Shown here one piece after another: positions 48,187 to 56,801 of a stretch of 59,940 nt of DNA. The notes below the pieces were generated by a model. That model was not told the origin of the DNA. It did not search any database and saw only the letters and a list, made by a program, of their open reading frames with translations. Both the position numbers and the translations under genes were made by a program. The DNA lies in assembly GCA_041662665.1 (NCBI GenBank), contig JBAZSC010000004.1:76464-136403 (forward strand), given 5' to 3'. Position 1 is the first letter of the stretch, and every line of letters begins with the position of its first letter. The stretch is from Patescibacteria group bacterium (lineage in GTDB: Bacteria; Patescibacteriota; JABMPQ01; JAQVVF01).

Positions 48187-48242
48187 TTATTTTAGTCTAT
48201 CAAATTTTTTTATTCTTGACAAATTGAGTATTCTGATTAATA

Positions 48243-48929
48243 ATGGACTGTATGTCAAGACACTATCAATTCCAAGATTATTATTTTGAATTAGCAAAAC
48301 AAAAAGGCTACAATGCCCGATCAGTCTTTAAATTGCAAGAAATACAAGAAAAATACCGTATAATTAAGCCAAATCATTATATTTTAGATATTGGATGTTT
48401 CCCAGGCTCATTTTTACAAATTTTATCAACTTGGGTTGGAAAGAATGGCAAGGTCGTAGGCTTTGATATTAAAAAAACGAAAGATTTGGGCCTTGAGAAC
48501 GTGATTACATTTGTTGCCGATGTTAATGACCTAGAGAATGTTCGAGAGCAGTTGGACAACCTTGCGAACAAACAAAAAAACAATAAAACAAGAAAACAAG
48601 AGGTCGTTAACCAGTCTAACTTATCTAATAAGTCTAACATATCTAACCAGTTCAACGTTATCATCAGCGATATTGCGCCAAACACATCTGGTCATCCTGA
48701 GTATGATCAATATCAATCAATTTTGTTAAACGAAAAAGTTATTGAATTAGCTAAAACAAATTTGAAAGATGGCGGAAATATGATTTTGAAAATTTTTCAA
48801 GGTTCTGATTTTAACGAATTTCTAGCCAAGTTAAAAAAGTCTTTTAAGAAAGTCAAGATATTCAAGCCAAAAGCATCACGTGCCAGAAGCAGTGAAATGT
48901 ATTTGTTATGTTATGAATTTAAGAAATAA
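48243..48929 (+). CDS. rlmE: 23S rRNA 2'-O-ribose methyltransferase RlmE/FtsJ with a low-complexity insertion
   Basis: RSVFKLQEI, DIGCFPGSF SAM motif, SDIAPNTSG, K..KPKASR; insert NKQKNNKTRKQEVVNQSNLSNKSNISNQ. Confidence 0.85.
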   Translation: MDCMSRHYQFQDYYFELAKQKGYNARSVFKLQEIQEKYRIIKPNHYILDIGCFPGSFLQILSTWVGKNGKVVGFDIKKTKDLGLENVITFVADVNDLENVREQLDNLANKQKNNKTRKQEVVNQSNLSNKSNISNQFNVIISDIAPNTSGHPEYDQYQSILLNEKVIELAKTNLKDGGNMILKIFQGSDFNEFLAKLKKSFKKVKIFKPKASRARSSEMYLLCYEFKK

Positions 48930-48967
48930 ATGCACTTTAAAAATTTGCCTTCAGCGAAGGAGGAAAA

Positions 48968-49168
48968 ATGCACAAGTTAAGAGGAATATTTTGTTTTTTT
49001 CTAATGTTACTGATTATGATTAGCATTGATTGGTCTACTTTCAAATTATTTTATCACTTGTCAGATTCTTATGGGATATTTTTTTATGCGCCAATTCCCG
49101 CTATATCTCTTTTGTTGAGCATTTTTGTTGCAATATCCGTATATCTTAAAATCGGAGGAGAATTTTAG
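48968..49168 (+). CDS. small 2-TM orphan protein
   Basis: GAAGGAGG SD 5 nt upstream of ATG; two hydrophobic helices. Confidence 0.45.
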   Translation: MHKLRGIFCFFLMLLIMISIDWSTFKLFYHLSDSYGIFFYAPIPAISLLLSIFVAISVYLKIGGEF

Positions 49169-49186
49169 TCCGAAAGGAGGGACGAC

Positions 49187-49438
49187 ATGGCCTGGAGTGC
49201 GGCACAAGCAATTCGAGATTATCTGGCAGGCAAAGAATTGAGAATGATTAATTTTTGGTGCGCAGTCAATCCTTATATGCAAGGATACAAAGAAAAGAAT
49301 GAGTTGCCAGAAGTTGACGAGCAGACCTGGAAAGATCTTTTTGATGAGTGTTCATATCTCGTTGAAAGTGGTAGTATGTGCGGGACAATTCATAGAGTAT
49401 TGCCTTTGTCAAAGCAGGAGAACAAATGCAATATCTGA
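49187..49438 (+). CDS. small orphan protein
   Basis: AAAGGAGGG SD; C/W-rich 83 aa. Confidence 0.5.
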   Translation: MAWSAAQAIRDYLAGKELRMINFWCAVNPYMQGYKEKNELPEVDEQTWKDLFDECSYLVESGSMCGTIHRVLPLSKQENKCNI

Positions 49439-49785
49439 TGGCAATTAGGCAATTTGTTGATAGCATCGCCCATTTTGAAAATGAAAGTCATGAAAGGTGG
49501 TTCTACATTAGTCTTAGTGCTTTCGTGATCAGTCTAATTTTGCAAATATTTCGAAAAACTAGATTCCCTTTCGTATTCTTATCTCTAGCTTTTTCGCATT
49601 GTTTTACTTCTATTAGTGCATTTGTAATTGTTGTCTTGATGCAAATAAAGAGTGAAGCATATTCTATCAATTGCATTTGGTTTAATACTGTTATGGTAGT
49701 AATCTATATTGCGCTTTACGGTCTTGCTATCGTAATTAAGAAATTGAAACCAGAATTAAAAGTAAGTACCCTTGAAGAGCATTAA
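49426..49785 (+). CDS. orphan membrane protein (3-4 TM)
   Basis: Start overlaps the previous stop region; CAGGAG upstream; hairpin terminator GAGC-ATTA-AGCTC then T-run at ~49775-49798. Confidence 0.5.
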   Translation: MQYLMAIRQFVDSIAHFENESHERWFYISLSAFVISLILQIFRKTRFPFVFLSLAFSHCFTSISAFVIVVLMQIKSEAYSINCIWFNTVMVVIYIALYGLAIVIKKLKPELKVSTLEEH

Positions 49786-49804
49786 GCTCTTTTTTTATTT
49801 TTAC

Positions 49805-49833
49805 TTGAAATTATCTTAAGACAGGTATAAAAT
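49805..49833 (+). promoter_or_regulatory. sigma70 promoter TTGAAA-17-TAAAAT
   Basis: Upstream of 49883..50161. Confidence 0.5.
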
Positions 49834-49882
49834 AGAGCATTAGTGAATGTTCTTTTCTCAAGGGAGGAAGGAGGGAAAGAGA

Positions 49883-50161
49883 ATGCTCGGCAAGAGATTT
49901 CCAGTCTGGGTTGGAGTCTATGATAAGACAGCAAAGATCTACGAAATTTTCCGGATTGTTCGTGGTGAGAAACAAGTTGGTATCAGGATCAAGTTGGAAA
50001 TGTCGATTGATGAACAGAATAACGAAATTCTCTGTCAAGGAGAAAATATCAGTATGCACCTTCATTCATTTCATGAATTCAAACTTTCCGAAAATCTCGA
50101 AGCTCTTGTCGCTCGGCAAAAAAATGAAATCGTCAGCTGGATCAGGAGACGAATCCTTTAG
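49883..50161 (+). CDS. orphan 92-aa protein, SD-led cassette
   Basis: GGGAGGAAGGAGGGAAAG leader before ATG 49883; terminator 50170-50193. Confidence 0.55.
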   Translation: MLGKRFPVWVGVYDKTAKIYEIFRIVRGEKQVGIRIKLEMSIDEQNNEILCQGENISMHLHSFHEFKLSENLEALVARQKNEIVSWIRRRIL

Positions 50162-50169
50162 CACTATCT

Positions 50170-50193
50170 AACCTTGTTAATCAAGGTTTTTTT
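50170..50193 (+). terminator. rho-independent terminator
   Basis: AACCTTG-TTAAT-CAAGGTT then a T-run; same stem as the terminator at 494-519. Confidence 0.7.
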
Positions 50194-50262
50194 ATTGATA
50201 AATTTGACAAAAAATTTGACAAATCTATTGAAAATAATCAAAAAAAATGTTATACTTAAAAT

Positions 50263-50658
50263 ATGAGTAAAGATAATATTCGAAAAGTAATGGAATATTG
50301 GCAGGAATCAGCAGAGCAAGATTTTAAAATCGCAGAATATCTTTTAAAAGGAAAAAAGTATTCTGCAAGCTTATTCTTTTGCCATCTTATGATTGAAAAG
50401 ATTCTAAAAGCTCTTGTTGTGAAAAAGACTAAAAAGCATTCTCCATACACCCATAAATTAGTTAACCTAGCAAAAATAGTAAATCTAAAACTAACAAATG
50501 AACAGATTGATGATTTAACAACAATAACCGAATTTAATATCGCTGGCAGATACGATGAAATAAAATTTTCTTTTTATAAAAAGTGCACTAAAGAATATTC
50601 TGACAAATATTTTAAAATTTCTAAAAATCTCTATTTTGACTTTAAAAAACAATTATGA
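50263..50658 (+). CDS. HEPN-domain protein (toxin component of a HEPN/MNT pair)
   Basis: AEQDFKIAEYLL...CHLMIEKILKALV...YTHKLVNL pattern of the HEPN family. Confidence 0.7.
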   Translation: MSKDNIRKVMEYWQESAEQDFKIAEYLLKGKKYSASLFFCHLMIEKILKALVVKKTKKHSPYTHKLVNLAKIVNLKLTNEQIDDLTTITEFNIAGRYDEIKFSFYKKCTKEYSDKYFKISKNLYFDFKKQL

Positions 50659-50975
50659 CAAAAAAGGTAAAAAAAAGCATTGAACAATATATCAATATTC
50701 TAAAAAAAGATAATCTTCCAATTAACGAAGTGATTCTTTTTGGTTCACAAGCCAAAGATCAAGCCCATGAATGGAGCGATATTGATATTTGTGTAATCTC
50801 GCCAAAATTTAAAGACAGTTTTAAGGCTTTGCATTATTTGCTAAAAAAGTCATATGAAGTAGAAGACAATATTATCGAACCGCATCCATTCAATCCGAAG
50901 GACTTTAGTAATAATAATGATCCTCTTGTCTGGGAAATCAAACAAACTGGCAAAGTAATTTACAAAAAACAATAA
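50655..50975 (+). CDS. minimal nucleotidyltransferase (MNT antitoxin)
   Basis: LFGSQAKDQAHEWSDIDICVI (GS-X10-DxD) motif; 4-nt overlap with the HEPN gene. Confidence 0.8.
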   Translation: MTKKVKKSIEQYINILKKDNLPINEVILFGSQAKDQAHEWSDIDICVISPKFKDSFKALHYLLKKSYEVEDNIIEPHPFNPKDFSNNNDPLVWEIKQTGKVIYKKQ

Positions 50976-51077
50976 AATTTTAAAAGGCCATTAGTATTTA
51001 ACTTCTGGCCTTTTTTATTTAAACAAAAAACTAGCCGGTAGCTAGTTATTTTTAATTTTTCATTTTAAATTTTTAAT

Positions 51078-51572
51078 TTAAAATATGATGCTTCCGATAA
51101 ATATTACTACCATAATAATCGCAACTACAAATTTCACCAGCGTTCCAGACAGAAATCCAACAAACACACCAGTTCCAGTTTTTAGTGATTTTCTTAAATC
51201 TTGAGAATCAATTAATTCTCCAATTACAGCGCCAATTAGCGGACCGAATATAAAACCAATTACGTTACCAGTAAATAATCCAACAATACCGCCAATTGCA
51301 GAACAAATCAAAGCTGTTCTTGACGCTTTATAAACTTTAGCGCCAACATAATGGCTGACATAATCAATAACTGTCAAAAATAATGTCAAAATGATTAGTA
51401 CAGCAAAAGTCCAAATCGATGTATGCTGAAATCTATCCCAAATTGCATAAATTACCATTCCAGCAAAAATCAACGGCGCGCCAGGAAGCATTGGAACAAT
51501 TGTCCCAACTAAACCAGTTACGATTAAAGCAACGATTAAGATGATGATTAAGACGGTTAAAAAAATAGACAT
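51078..51572 (-). CDS. DUF456-like polytopic membrane protein
   Basis: GTIVPMLPGAPLIFAGM N-terminal motif, four hydrophobic helices. Confidence 0.6.
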   Translation of the reverse strand: MSIFLTVLIIILIVALIVTGLVGTIVPMLPGAPLIFAGMVIYAIWDRFQHTSIWTFAVLIILTLFLTVIDYVSHYVGAKVYKASRTALICSAIGGIVGLFTGNVIGFIFGPLIGAVIGELIDSQDLRKSLKTGTGVFVGFLSGTLVKFVVAIIMVVIFIGSIIF

Positions 51573-51579
51573 AAAAAAA

Positions 51580-51692
51580 TTTTCAATTTACAATTCTCAA
51601 TTTTCAATAAATTATCAATGAACAATTTTCAATTAGTTACGACTTTGAAAACTGAAAATTGATAATTTATTGAAAATTGGAAACTGGTCATT
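51580..51692. repeat. long palindromic word repeat (TTGAAAAT/ATTTTCAA family)
   Basis: TTTTCAATAAATTATCAAT pairs perfectly with ATTGATAATTTATTGAAAA. Confidence 0.8.
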
Positions 51693-51698
51693 GAAAAT

Positions 51699-52394
51699 TT
51701 ATTTCTTCCACTCTTCCCTCTCAATCGCATTCTTCGCAGCATTTACTTGTGCTTCTTGTTTTGAATCTCCTTCACCTTCACCAAGTAATTTTTTTTCTAA
51801 ATATACGCCAATTTTAAATTTTCTTGCATGATCTGGTCCCCATTCTTTCAAAACTTGATATGTTGGAGTAACCTTTAAAGCATCTTGGATCTCTTCTTGT
51901 AATCTTGATTTTGGATCAATATATAATTTTTCGTCTAAAATCTTTTTTAATTCAGCAATAATATGTTTTTCAATGAAATCTTTTGCTACATCCCAGCCTT
52001 GATCTAAATAAATTGCGCCAATTACAGCTTCAAATGCATTAGCCAAAATAACATCTCTAGCTTTGCCAATATCTTTTGCTTCTCCTCTAGATAAGTATAA
52101 AAAATCATCATAACCTAATTCTTTCGCGTGTTTTGAAATCATGTTTGTATTAACAAGCGCAGATCTCCAGTTTGTTAAATCTCCTTCTGGATTTGTAAAA
52201 TTATTATACAAATGCTGAGTCACAACCAATTCAAGAACTGCATCTCCCAAAAATTCTAATCTTTCATTATTATCAAGTGGAAAGCTTGTATTTTCATTTA
52301 AATAAGAACGATGAACTAATGCTTGGTTAAGCAGTTTAATATTATTGAACTTTATTCCGATATTTTTCTCTAGTTGTGTAAAATCTTTGTCCAT
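51699..52394 (-). CDS. rnc: ribonuclease III
   Basis: NERLEFLGDAVLE signature, C-terminal dsRBD. Confidence 0.9.
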   Translation of the reverse strand: MDKDFTQLEKNIGIKFNNIKLLNQALVHRSYLNENTSFPLDNNERLEFLGDAVLELVVTQHLYNNFTNPEGDLTNWRSALVNTNMISKHAKELGYDDFLYLSRGEAKDIGKARDVILANAFEAVIGAIYLDQGWDVAKDFIEKHIIAELKKILDEKLYIDPKSRLQEEIQDALKVTPTYQVLKEWGPDHARKFKIGVYLEKKLLGEGEGDSKQEAQVNAAKNAIEREEWKK

Positions 52395-52401
52395 ACGTTT
52401 T

Positions 52402-52500
52402 AGAAAACAGAAAATAGAAAATAGAAAAGAGTAGATAATTAACTGTTTTCTGTTTCCTGTTTTCTCTTTATAACTTTATAAACTTTAAAAACTTTATAAC
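52402..52500. repeat. palindromic AACAGAAAA words followed by CTTTATAA words
   Basis: agaaaacagaaaatagaaaatagaaaagag ... ctgttttctgtttcctgttttctc, then tttataactttataaactttaaaaactttataac (also seen at 7590-7610). Confidence 0.75.
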
Positions 52501-52938
52501 TCACTTCTTATTTTTATCGATTTCGGCCTCCATCTTCCTAAATATACTCCCAAGTACTCCATTCACAAACTTGCCTGACGATTTACCACCAAACATTTTA
52601 GCAAGTTCAATTGCTTCATTAATCGCAACTTTTGGCGGAATATTTTTGTCAAATAAAAGTTCAAAAACACCCATTCTTAGGACATTTCGATCAACCATTG
52701 TAATTTGATCCATTGGCCAATCAGGAGCAGCATCAGTAATGATTTTATCAATATCTTTGACATTCTTTATTACTCCATCGCACAAATCTTTAGCAAAATT
52801 TGGTTCTTCTGCACCTGGTGCAAATTCATCCAAATTTTGTTTTAGGAATTTTGATAATTCTTTATCATCTTTATCATAAAAATCCCACTCATATAGTGTT
52901 TGTAATGCTACTGTTCTAAGAAGGTGCCGGTTTGACAT
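52501..52938 (-). CDS. nusB: transcription antitermination factor NusB
   Basis: [17 protein letters not shown] start and FVNGVLG C-terminal motif. Confidence 0.85.
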   Translation of the reverse strand: MSNRHLLRTVALQTLYEWDFYDKDDKELSKFLKQNLDEFAPGAEEPNFAKDLCDGVIKNVKDIDKIITDAAPDWPMDQITMVDRNVLRMGVFELLFDKNIPPKVAINEAIELAKMFGGKSSGKFVNGVLGSIFRKMEAEIDKNKK

Positions 52939-52959
52939 TTTTTTTGTTTTAAATAAAAT

Positions 52960-53058
52960 ATAATACGAATGACGATACGAATAATGCGAATGATACGAAT
53001 TACGAATAATTAATTCAGCGTATATCAGCGTTAGAAATCAGCGTTTAATCAGCGCTTG
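52960..53058. repeat. word repeats ACGAAT then CAGCGTT
   Basis: atacgaatgacgatacgaataatgcgaatgatacgaattacgaat ... cagcgtatatcagcgttagaaatcagcgtttaatcagcgc. Confidence 0.75.
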
Positions 53059-53060
53059 TA

Positions 53061-53297
53061 TTATTTTTGTTGTGCTTGTTGTTGTTTTTTCTTATCTTTC
53101 TTTGCTTTCTTGGCTTTTTTTGCTTCAATATCTAAAACTTGTCTGTTATTATAATTTCCACATGCTAAACAAACAGTATGAGGTAAAATTGGCTTGCTGC
53201 ATTTTGGACATTTTGCTAATTTTGTTTGCTTTAGAGCGTGATGTGATCTTCTTTGTCTAGAAGCTGCTTTGGTGTGTTTCTTTTTTGGAACTGGCAT
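53061..53297 (-). CDS. rpmF: 50S ribosomal protein L32 with Lys-rich C-terminal tail
   Basis: MPVPKKKHTKAASRQRRSHH start, CPKC...CLAC zinc ribbon. Confidence 0.9.
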   Translation of the reverse strand: MPVPKKKHTKAASRQRRSHHALKQTKLAKCPKCSKPILPHTVCLACGNYNNRQVLDIEAKKAKKAKKDKKKQQQAQQK

Positions 53298-53433
53298 AGA
53301 CGTGAATTATAAATAACTAAATTAAAATTTCTTACTAATATCATTTTAGCTCATTTTTTCATTCTTGACAAGGGATTTTGATTTACGGTGTTTAATTTTA
53401 CAAAATTCCGCAAGATTATGCACAAGCAATTAT

Positions 53434-53465
53434 TTGACTTCTAGCAAGGGGGGGGGGGGTAGAAT
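53434..53465 (+). promoter_or_regulatory. promoter-like TTGACT / TAGAAT pair separated by a 20-nt spacer containing a G12 homopolymer
   Basis: TTGACT 53434-53439, G12 53448-53459, TAGAAT 53460-53465. Confidence 0.45.
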
Positions 53466-53495
53466 AAAGATAAATTAACAATTTAATACAAAAAT

Positions 53496-53909
53496 ATGGC
53501 AAATGAAACAGGACCAAGCGCAGAAGAAATGGGATTAAAACAAGAAGAAACAGAGATTGGCACTGAACAACGACCAACCGATGCTGCTATTGATCAAAAA
53601 GCAGATGCAATATTGGCACTTAGAGACGCCCAAGAAGAAGCAAGCGTAAGAGCTTATAATTCAAAAATGGCAAGAGAACTAGCACAAGATCCAGAACTAG
53701 CACTGCAAGAAGAAAATGAATGGACAACCATTGAAAAAACAAGATATCAACACGAAAAAGATTTTATAGATGGTTTGGCAAAAGAAGGACCAAAAGATTA
53801 TCTAAAAGGAATTCTGGAAGAACGAGGACTGGCAGGTTACACGCAAGAAGATTTCAAAAAGCTTCATGATTCAGTAACCGCTAAAGAACAGCAAGGTGGT
53901 GCAAAATAA
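53496..53909 (+). CDS. acidic orphan protein
   Basis: E/D/Q-rich 137 aa; terminator ATCCCG-CACAA-CGGGAT then T-run at ~53925-53950. Confidence 0.5.
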   Translation: MANETGPSAEEMGLKQEETEIGTEQRPTDAAIDQKADAILALRDAQEEASVRAYNSKMARELAQDPELALQEENEWTTIEKTRYQHEKDFIDGLAKEGPKDYLKGILEERGLAGYTQEDFKKLHDSVTAKEQQGGAK

Positions 53910-54000
53910 TTACATAAAAATCCCGCACAAACGGGATTTTTTAATATCATAATATCCGTAATATTCGTAATTTCCGAATTTCACAATTTCCGAATATCCG

Positions 54001-54573
54001 TCAATTCACTTCAACCTTTTTCAAAACCGCAGGCAAACGTTTAAAAGCATTCTCGAGATCGCGATAAAGACTAGGTTGATGCAAAGCTGCAGCTGGATGA
54101 TAAATCGGATAAAAATATAATTTTCCTAAATTCTTGATTTCGCGTCTAAAAACTCGTCCTTGATTTTTAGAAATTGTGCCAATTGGAATAAATCTAGCCA
54201 TTGCATGACGGCCTAATGGAATAATAATTTTAGGCTTAATAATCATTATTTGCTGTTCCAAATATGGCCAGCAAGCAGCAACTTCGTCTGGCAGAGGATC
54301 TCGATTATTTGGTGGTCTATGTTTTACTACATTTGCAATATAAACATCTTCGCGTTTTAAAGAAGCTAAAGCCAATAATTTAGACAGTAATTGTCCAGCT
54401 TGGCCAACAAAAGGTCTGCCTAATTCGTCTTCTTTCGCACCCGGACCTTCACCAATAAACATAATTTTAGCATTTTGATTGCCCTCGCCTAGTACTGGAT
54501 TCTTCGCTAGCTTATACAAATCACATTTTTGACAATTTTTAACTTGTTTAGCAATTTGTTCTAAAGTTTGCAT
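54001..54573 (-). CDS. family-4 uracil-DNA glycosylase
   Basis: CQKCDL, GEGPGAKEDELGRPFVGQAGQLL, HPAAAL motifs; start moved to M21. Confidence 0.85.
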   Translation of the reverse strand: MQTLEQIAKQVKNCQKCDLYKLAKNPVLGEGNQNAKIMFIGEGPGAKEDELGRPFVGQAGQLLSKLLALASLKREDVYIANVVKHRPPNNRDPLPDEVAACWPYLEQQIMIIKPKIIIPLGRHAMARFIPIGTISKNQGRVFRREIKNLGKLYFYPIYHPAAALHQPSLYRDLENAFKRLPAVLKKVEVN

Positions 54574-54701
54574 AAAATTTAAATTTAAACTACTAAGAGG
54601 CTCAGCCTTTTCTAAAACCAAATATTCGAACAATTAAGATTAGTTTCCTTAAAGATAGCGGTCTAATAATTTTAGTAAAAGGCTGAGCCTCTTTGACAAT
54701 T

Positions 54702-55484
54702 TTATAGTCCAATCTTCTCCACATCATTCACCAAATTCTCATGTATTTTTTCATTTGTTGCAAAAGTATCTCGTGATCGAACTGTCCATTCATCATTATT
54801 AAAATCAGTTACTTTTCCTCCTGCTTTCCGAACTAACAAAATTCCAGCAGCAACATCCCAAATCGGCGCGCCTGGCAACATAATTGCTTCAGCACGACCA
54901 GACGCAACAAAAGCTAATTCAAGAGATGCAGCACCAAAAGATTTCAAAGACTTTGCTCTTAATTTAAATTCAGAATAAATTTTGATCGTTTTTTCTTTAT
55001 GCATTGCCTTATGGCCACTACAAAATAACAACACAGAATCTTTGACTGAATCTTTGAGTGAAACAGCCAATGGTTTATCATTCAACAACGCTTTGCCATC
55101 TTTAGTTACAGTATATAATTCATGTAGATATGGTGCATAAATAACACCTAATTGAATTTCATTTGCCCTTATTAAGGCAATAGAGACAGCAAACAAAGGA
55201 TTTTGAATAATAAAATTTGTTGTGCCGTCCAATGGATCAACTGCCCAAGTATAATCAGAACCTTTATCAATTTTGTTTTCTTCTTCTGATTCAATATTAT
55301 GTTTTGGGAATTTTTCTTTTAAATAATTCACAATTATTTTGTTAGCCTTGATATCAGCTTTTGTCACAAGCTCATTGCTTCCTTTTGCATAAATATCTCG
55401 TTCGCTTAGATTTTGATAATCATTCATCAATGATTTGCCGGCCTTTTTAGCAATTTCAATTGCCGAATTTAAAAATTCTTGCAT
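54702..55484 (-). CDS. inositol monophosphatase family protein (SuhB-like)
   Basis: WAVDPLDGTTNF and WDVAAG motifs. Confidence 0.85.
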   Translation of the reverse strand: MQEFLNSAIEIAKKAGKSLMNDYQNLSERDIYAKGSNELVTKADIKANKIIVNYLKEKFPKHNIESEEENKIDKGSDYTWAVDPLDGTTNFIIQNPLFAVSIALIRANEIQLGVIYAPYLHELYTVTKDGKALLNDKPLAVSLKDSVKDSVLLFCSGHKAMHKEKTIKIYSEFKLRAKSLKSFGAASLELAFVASGRAEAIMLPGAPIWDVAAGILLVRKAGGKVTDFNNDEWTVRSRDTFATNEKIHENLVNDVEKIGL

Positions 55485-55547
55485 AAAATTAGTAATTAGT
55501 AATAAGTAACTAGTAACTAGGGCGACGTAGTCGATGCTAGTTACTAA

Positions 55548-56087
55548 TTACTTTTTACTAGTTATCTTATTGATTATTTTATTAATTTGCTTAACTAATT
55601 CTTTTCTATTGCCGCTATTATCAACCACAATTTTTTGTTCACGTATTGGTTCAAATCTAGATTTGATAATATGATATGTTTTCATTGTTACTTCGCTTTC
55701 TTTTGCTTTAAATCTCGCTTCAATTCTTTTCTCTGTAATCTCTTCATCGCATTTCACATAAATAATATACAATTTTGTCTTAAACAATTCAGCCAGTTTT
55801 TTTGCTTGATCAACATATGCTTTCTTGAAAAATGTCGCATTCAAAATAACACTTTGGCCATTCATCAATCTTTTTGCACCATTAGAAAACAAAGTATTAT
55901 AAACTGAGCTCTTAACTTCGCGAGCCCAAAAATTTTTATTCTTCAATTCATCAATAATTTTCTTAGTTGGCTTTAATTGATCTGATTCTATCATCTGCTC
56001 CTTTAATTTCGCTCTCAACATTTCGCCAACAGTACTTTTGCCAACGCCAGGAAGGCCACAAATCAAAATCAACATAACAATATTCAA
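55548..56087 (-). CDS. P-loop kinase / AAA-type ATP-binding protein
   Basis: ICGLPGVGKST Walker A near the N-terminus; TTG start at 56087 or ATG at 56075. Confidence 0.7.
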   Translation of the reverse strand: MNIVMLILICGLPGVGKSTVGEMLRAKLKEQMIESDQLKPTKKIIDELKNKNFWAREVKSSVYNTLFSNGAKRLMNGQSVILNATFFKKAYVDQAKKLAELFKTKLYIIYVKCDEEITEKRIEARFKAKESEVTMKTYHIIKSRFEPIREQKIVVDNSGNRKELVKQINKIINKITSKK

Positions 56088-56100
56088 TATTTAATATTCA

Positions 56101-56188
56101 ATATCCTAATATCTCAATATCCTAATATCTCAATATCCTAATATCTCAATATCCTAATATCTCAATATCCTAATATCTCAATATCTCG
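56101..56188. repeat. perfect tandem repeat, 16-nt unit ATATCCTAATATCTCA x5 plus a partial copy
   Basis: Units at 56101, 56117, 56133, 56149, 56165; degenerate copies at 56079-56100. Confidence 0.9.
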
Positions 56189-56232
56189 TTTAAAAATAGT
56201 AAAACTTTAATTTTAGATAAAACAATATAAAT

Positions 56233-56679
56233 CTAATCGCGCGCTAATAATTTCACAATATCCGCTCGACTTACAATTCCAACCAATTTATCATTATCAA
56301 CAACCGGAATTGGATTAATATGATTTTCTTCAATCAAAGTTGCAAGATCAGAAACAGAATCATTTGAGCCAATTGTTACAGGTTTGCTTGTCATAACTTC
56401 TCTGGCAGTCATGCCAGTAATCTTCTTTAATTCAGTTTCAACTTCACTAGGATCTTCTAAATACAAATAGCTATCTAAAATTTGAATATATTGAGGAATA
56501 TGGATTTTTGCCTTTTGCATAATTAAATCTGATTCAGTAATAATTCCAATAACTTTTCCATTATCAACAACAGGCATGCCTGTAATATCATTATCAATTA
56601 ATTTTTTGGCAACTTCATTGACTGGTGTTGTAATCTCACAAGTTACAACATTGCTTGTCATTATTTCTTTTACTTTCAT
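56233..56679 (-). CDS. CBS-domain pair protein
   Basis: Two CBS repeats (GMPVVDNGKVIGIITESD, PIPVVDNDKLVGIVSRAD). Confidence 0.85.
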   Translation of the reverse strand: MKVKEIMTSNVVTCEITTPVNEVAKKLIDNDITGMPVVDNGKVIGIITESDLIMQKAKIHIPQYIQILDSYLYLEDPSEVETELKKITGMTAREVMTSKPVTIGSNDSVSDLATLIEENHINPIPVVDNDKLVGIVSRADIVKLLARD

Positions 56680-56801
56680 GAAAATAAGTTAATTAGTAAA
56701 CTAGTTACTAGTAACTAGTTACCAGTAACAATCTTATTATATACAAAATAATCAAAAAAAACAAAAAAACCAGCTAAAAAACTGGTATATAATAAAGAAC
56801 G

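Noticed and set aside
47820-48227. 135-aa plus-strand ORF spanning the smc start and the palindromic spacer
   Set aside because: Its first half is antisense to the smc Walker A region. Its second half is a translation of the word-repeat palindrome (…FGIWYLGFIIL…).
56101-56188. Possible CRISPR array
   Set aside because: The 16-nt units are directly contiguous with no spacers, and no cas genes are present. It is a plain tandem repeat.
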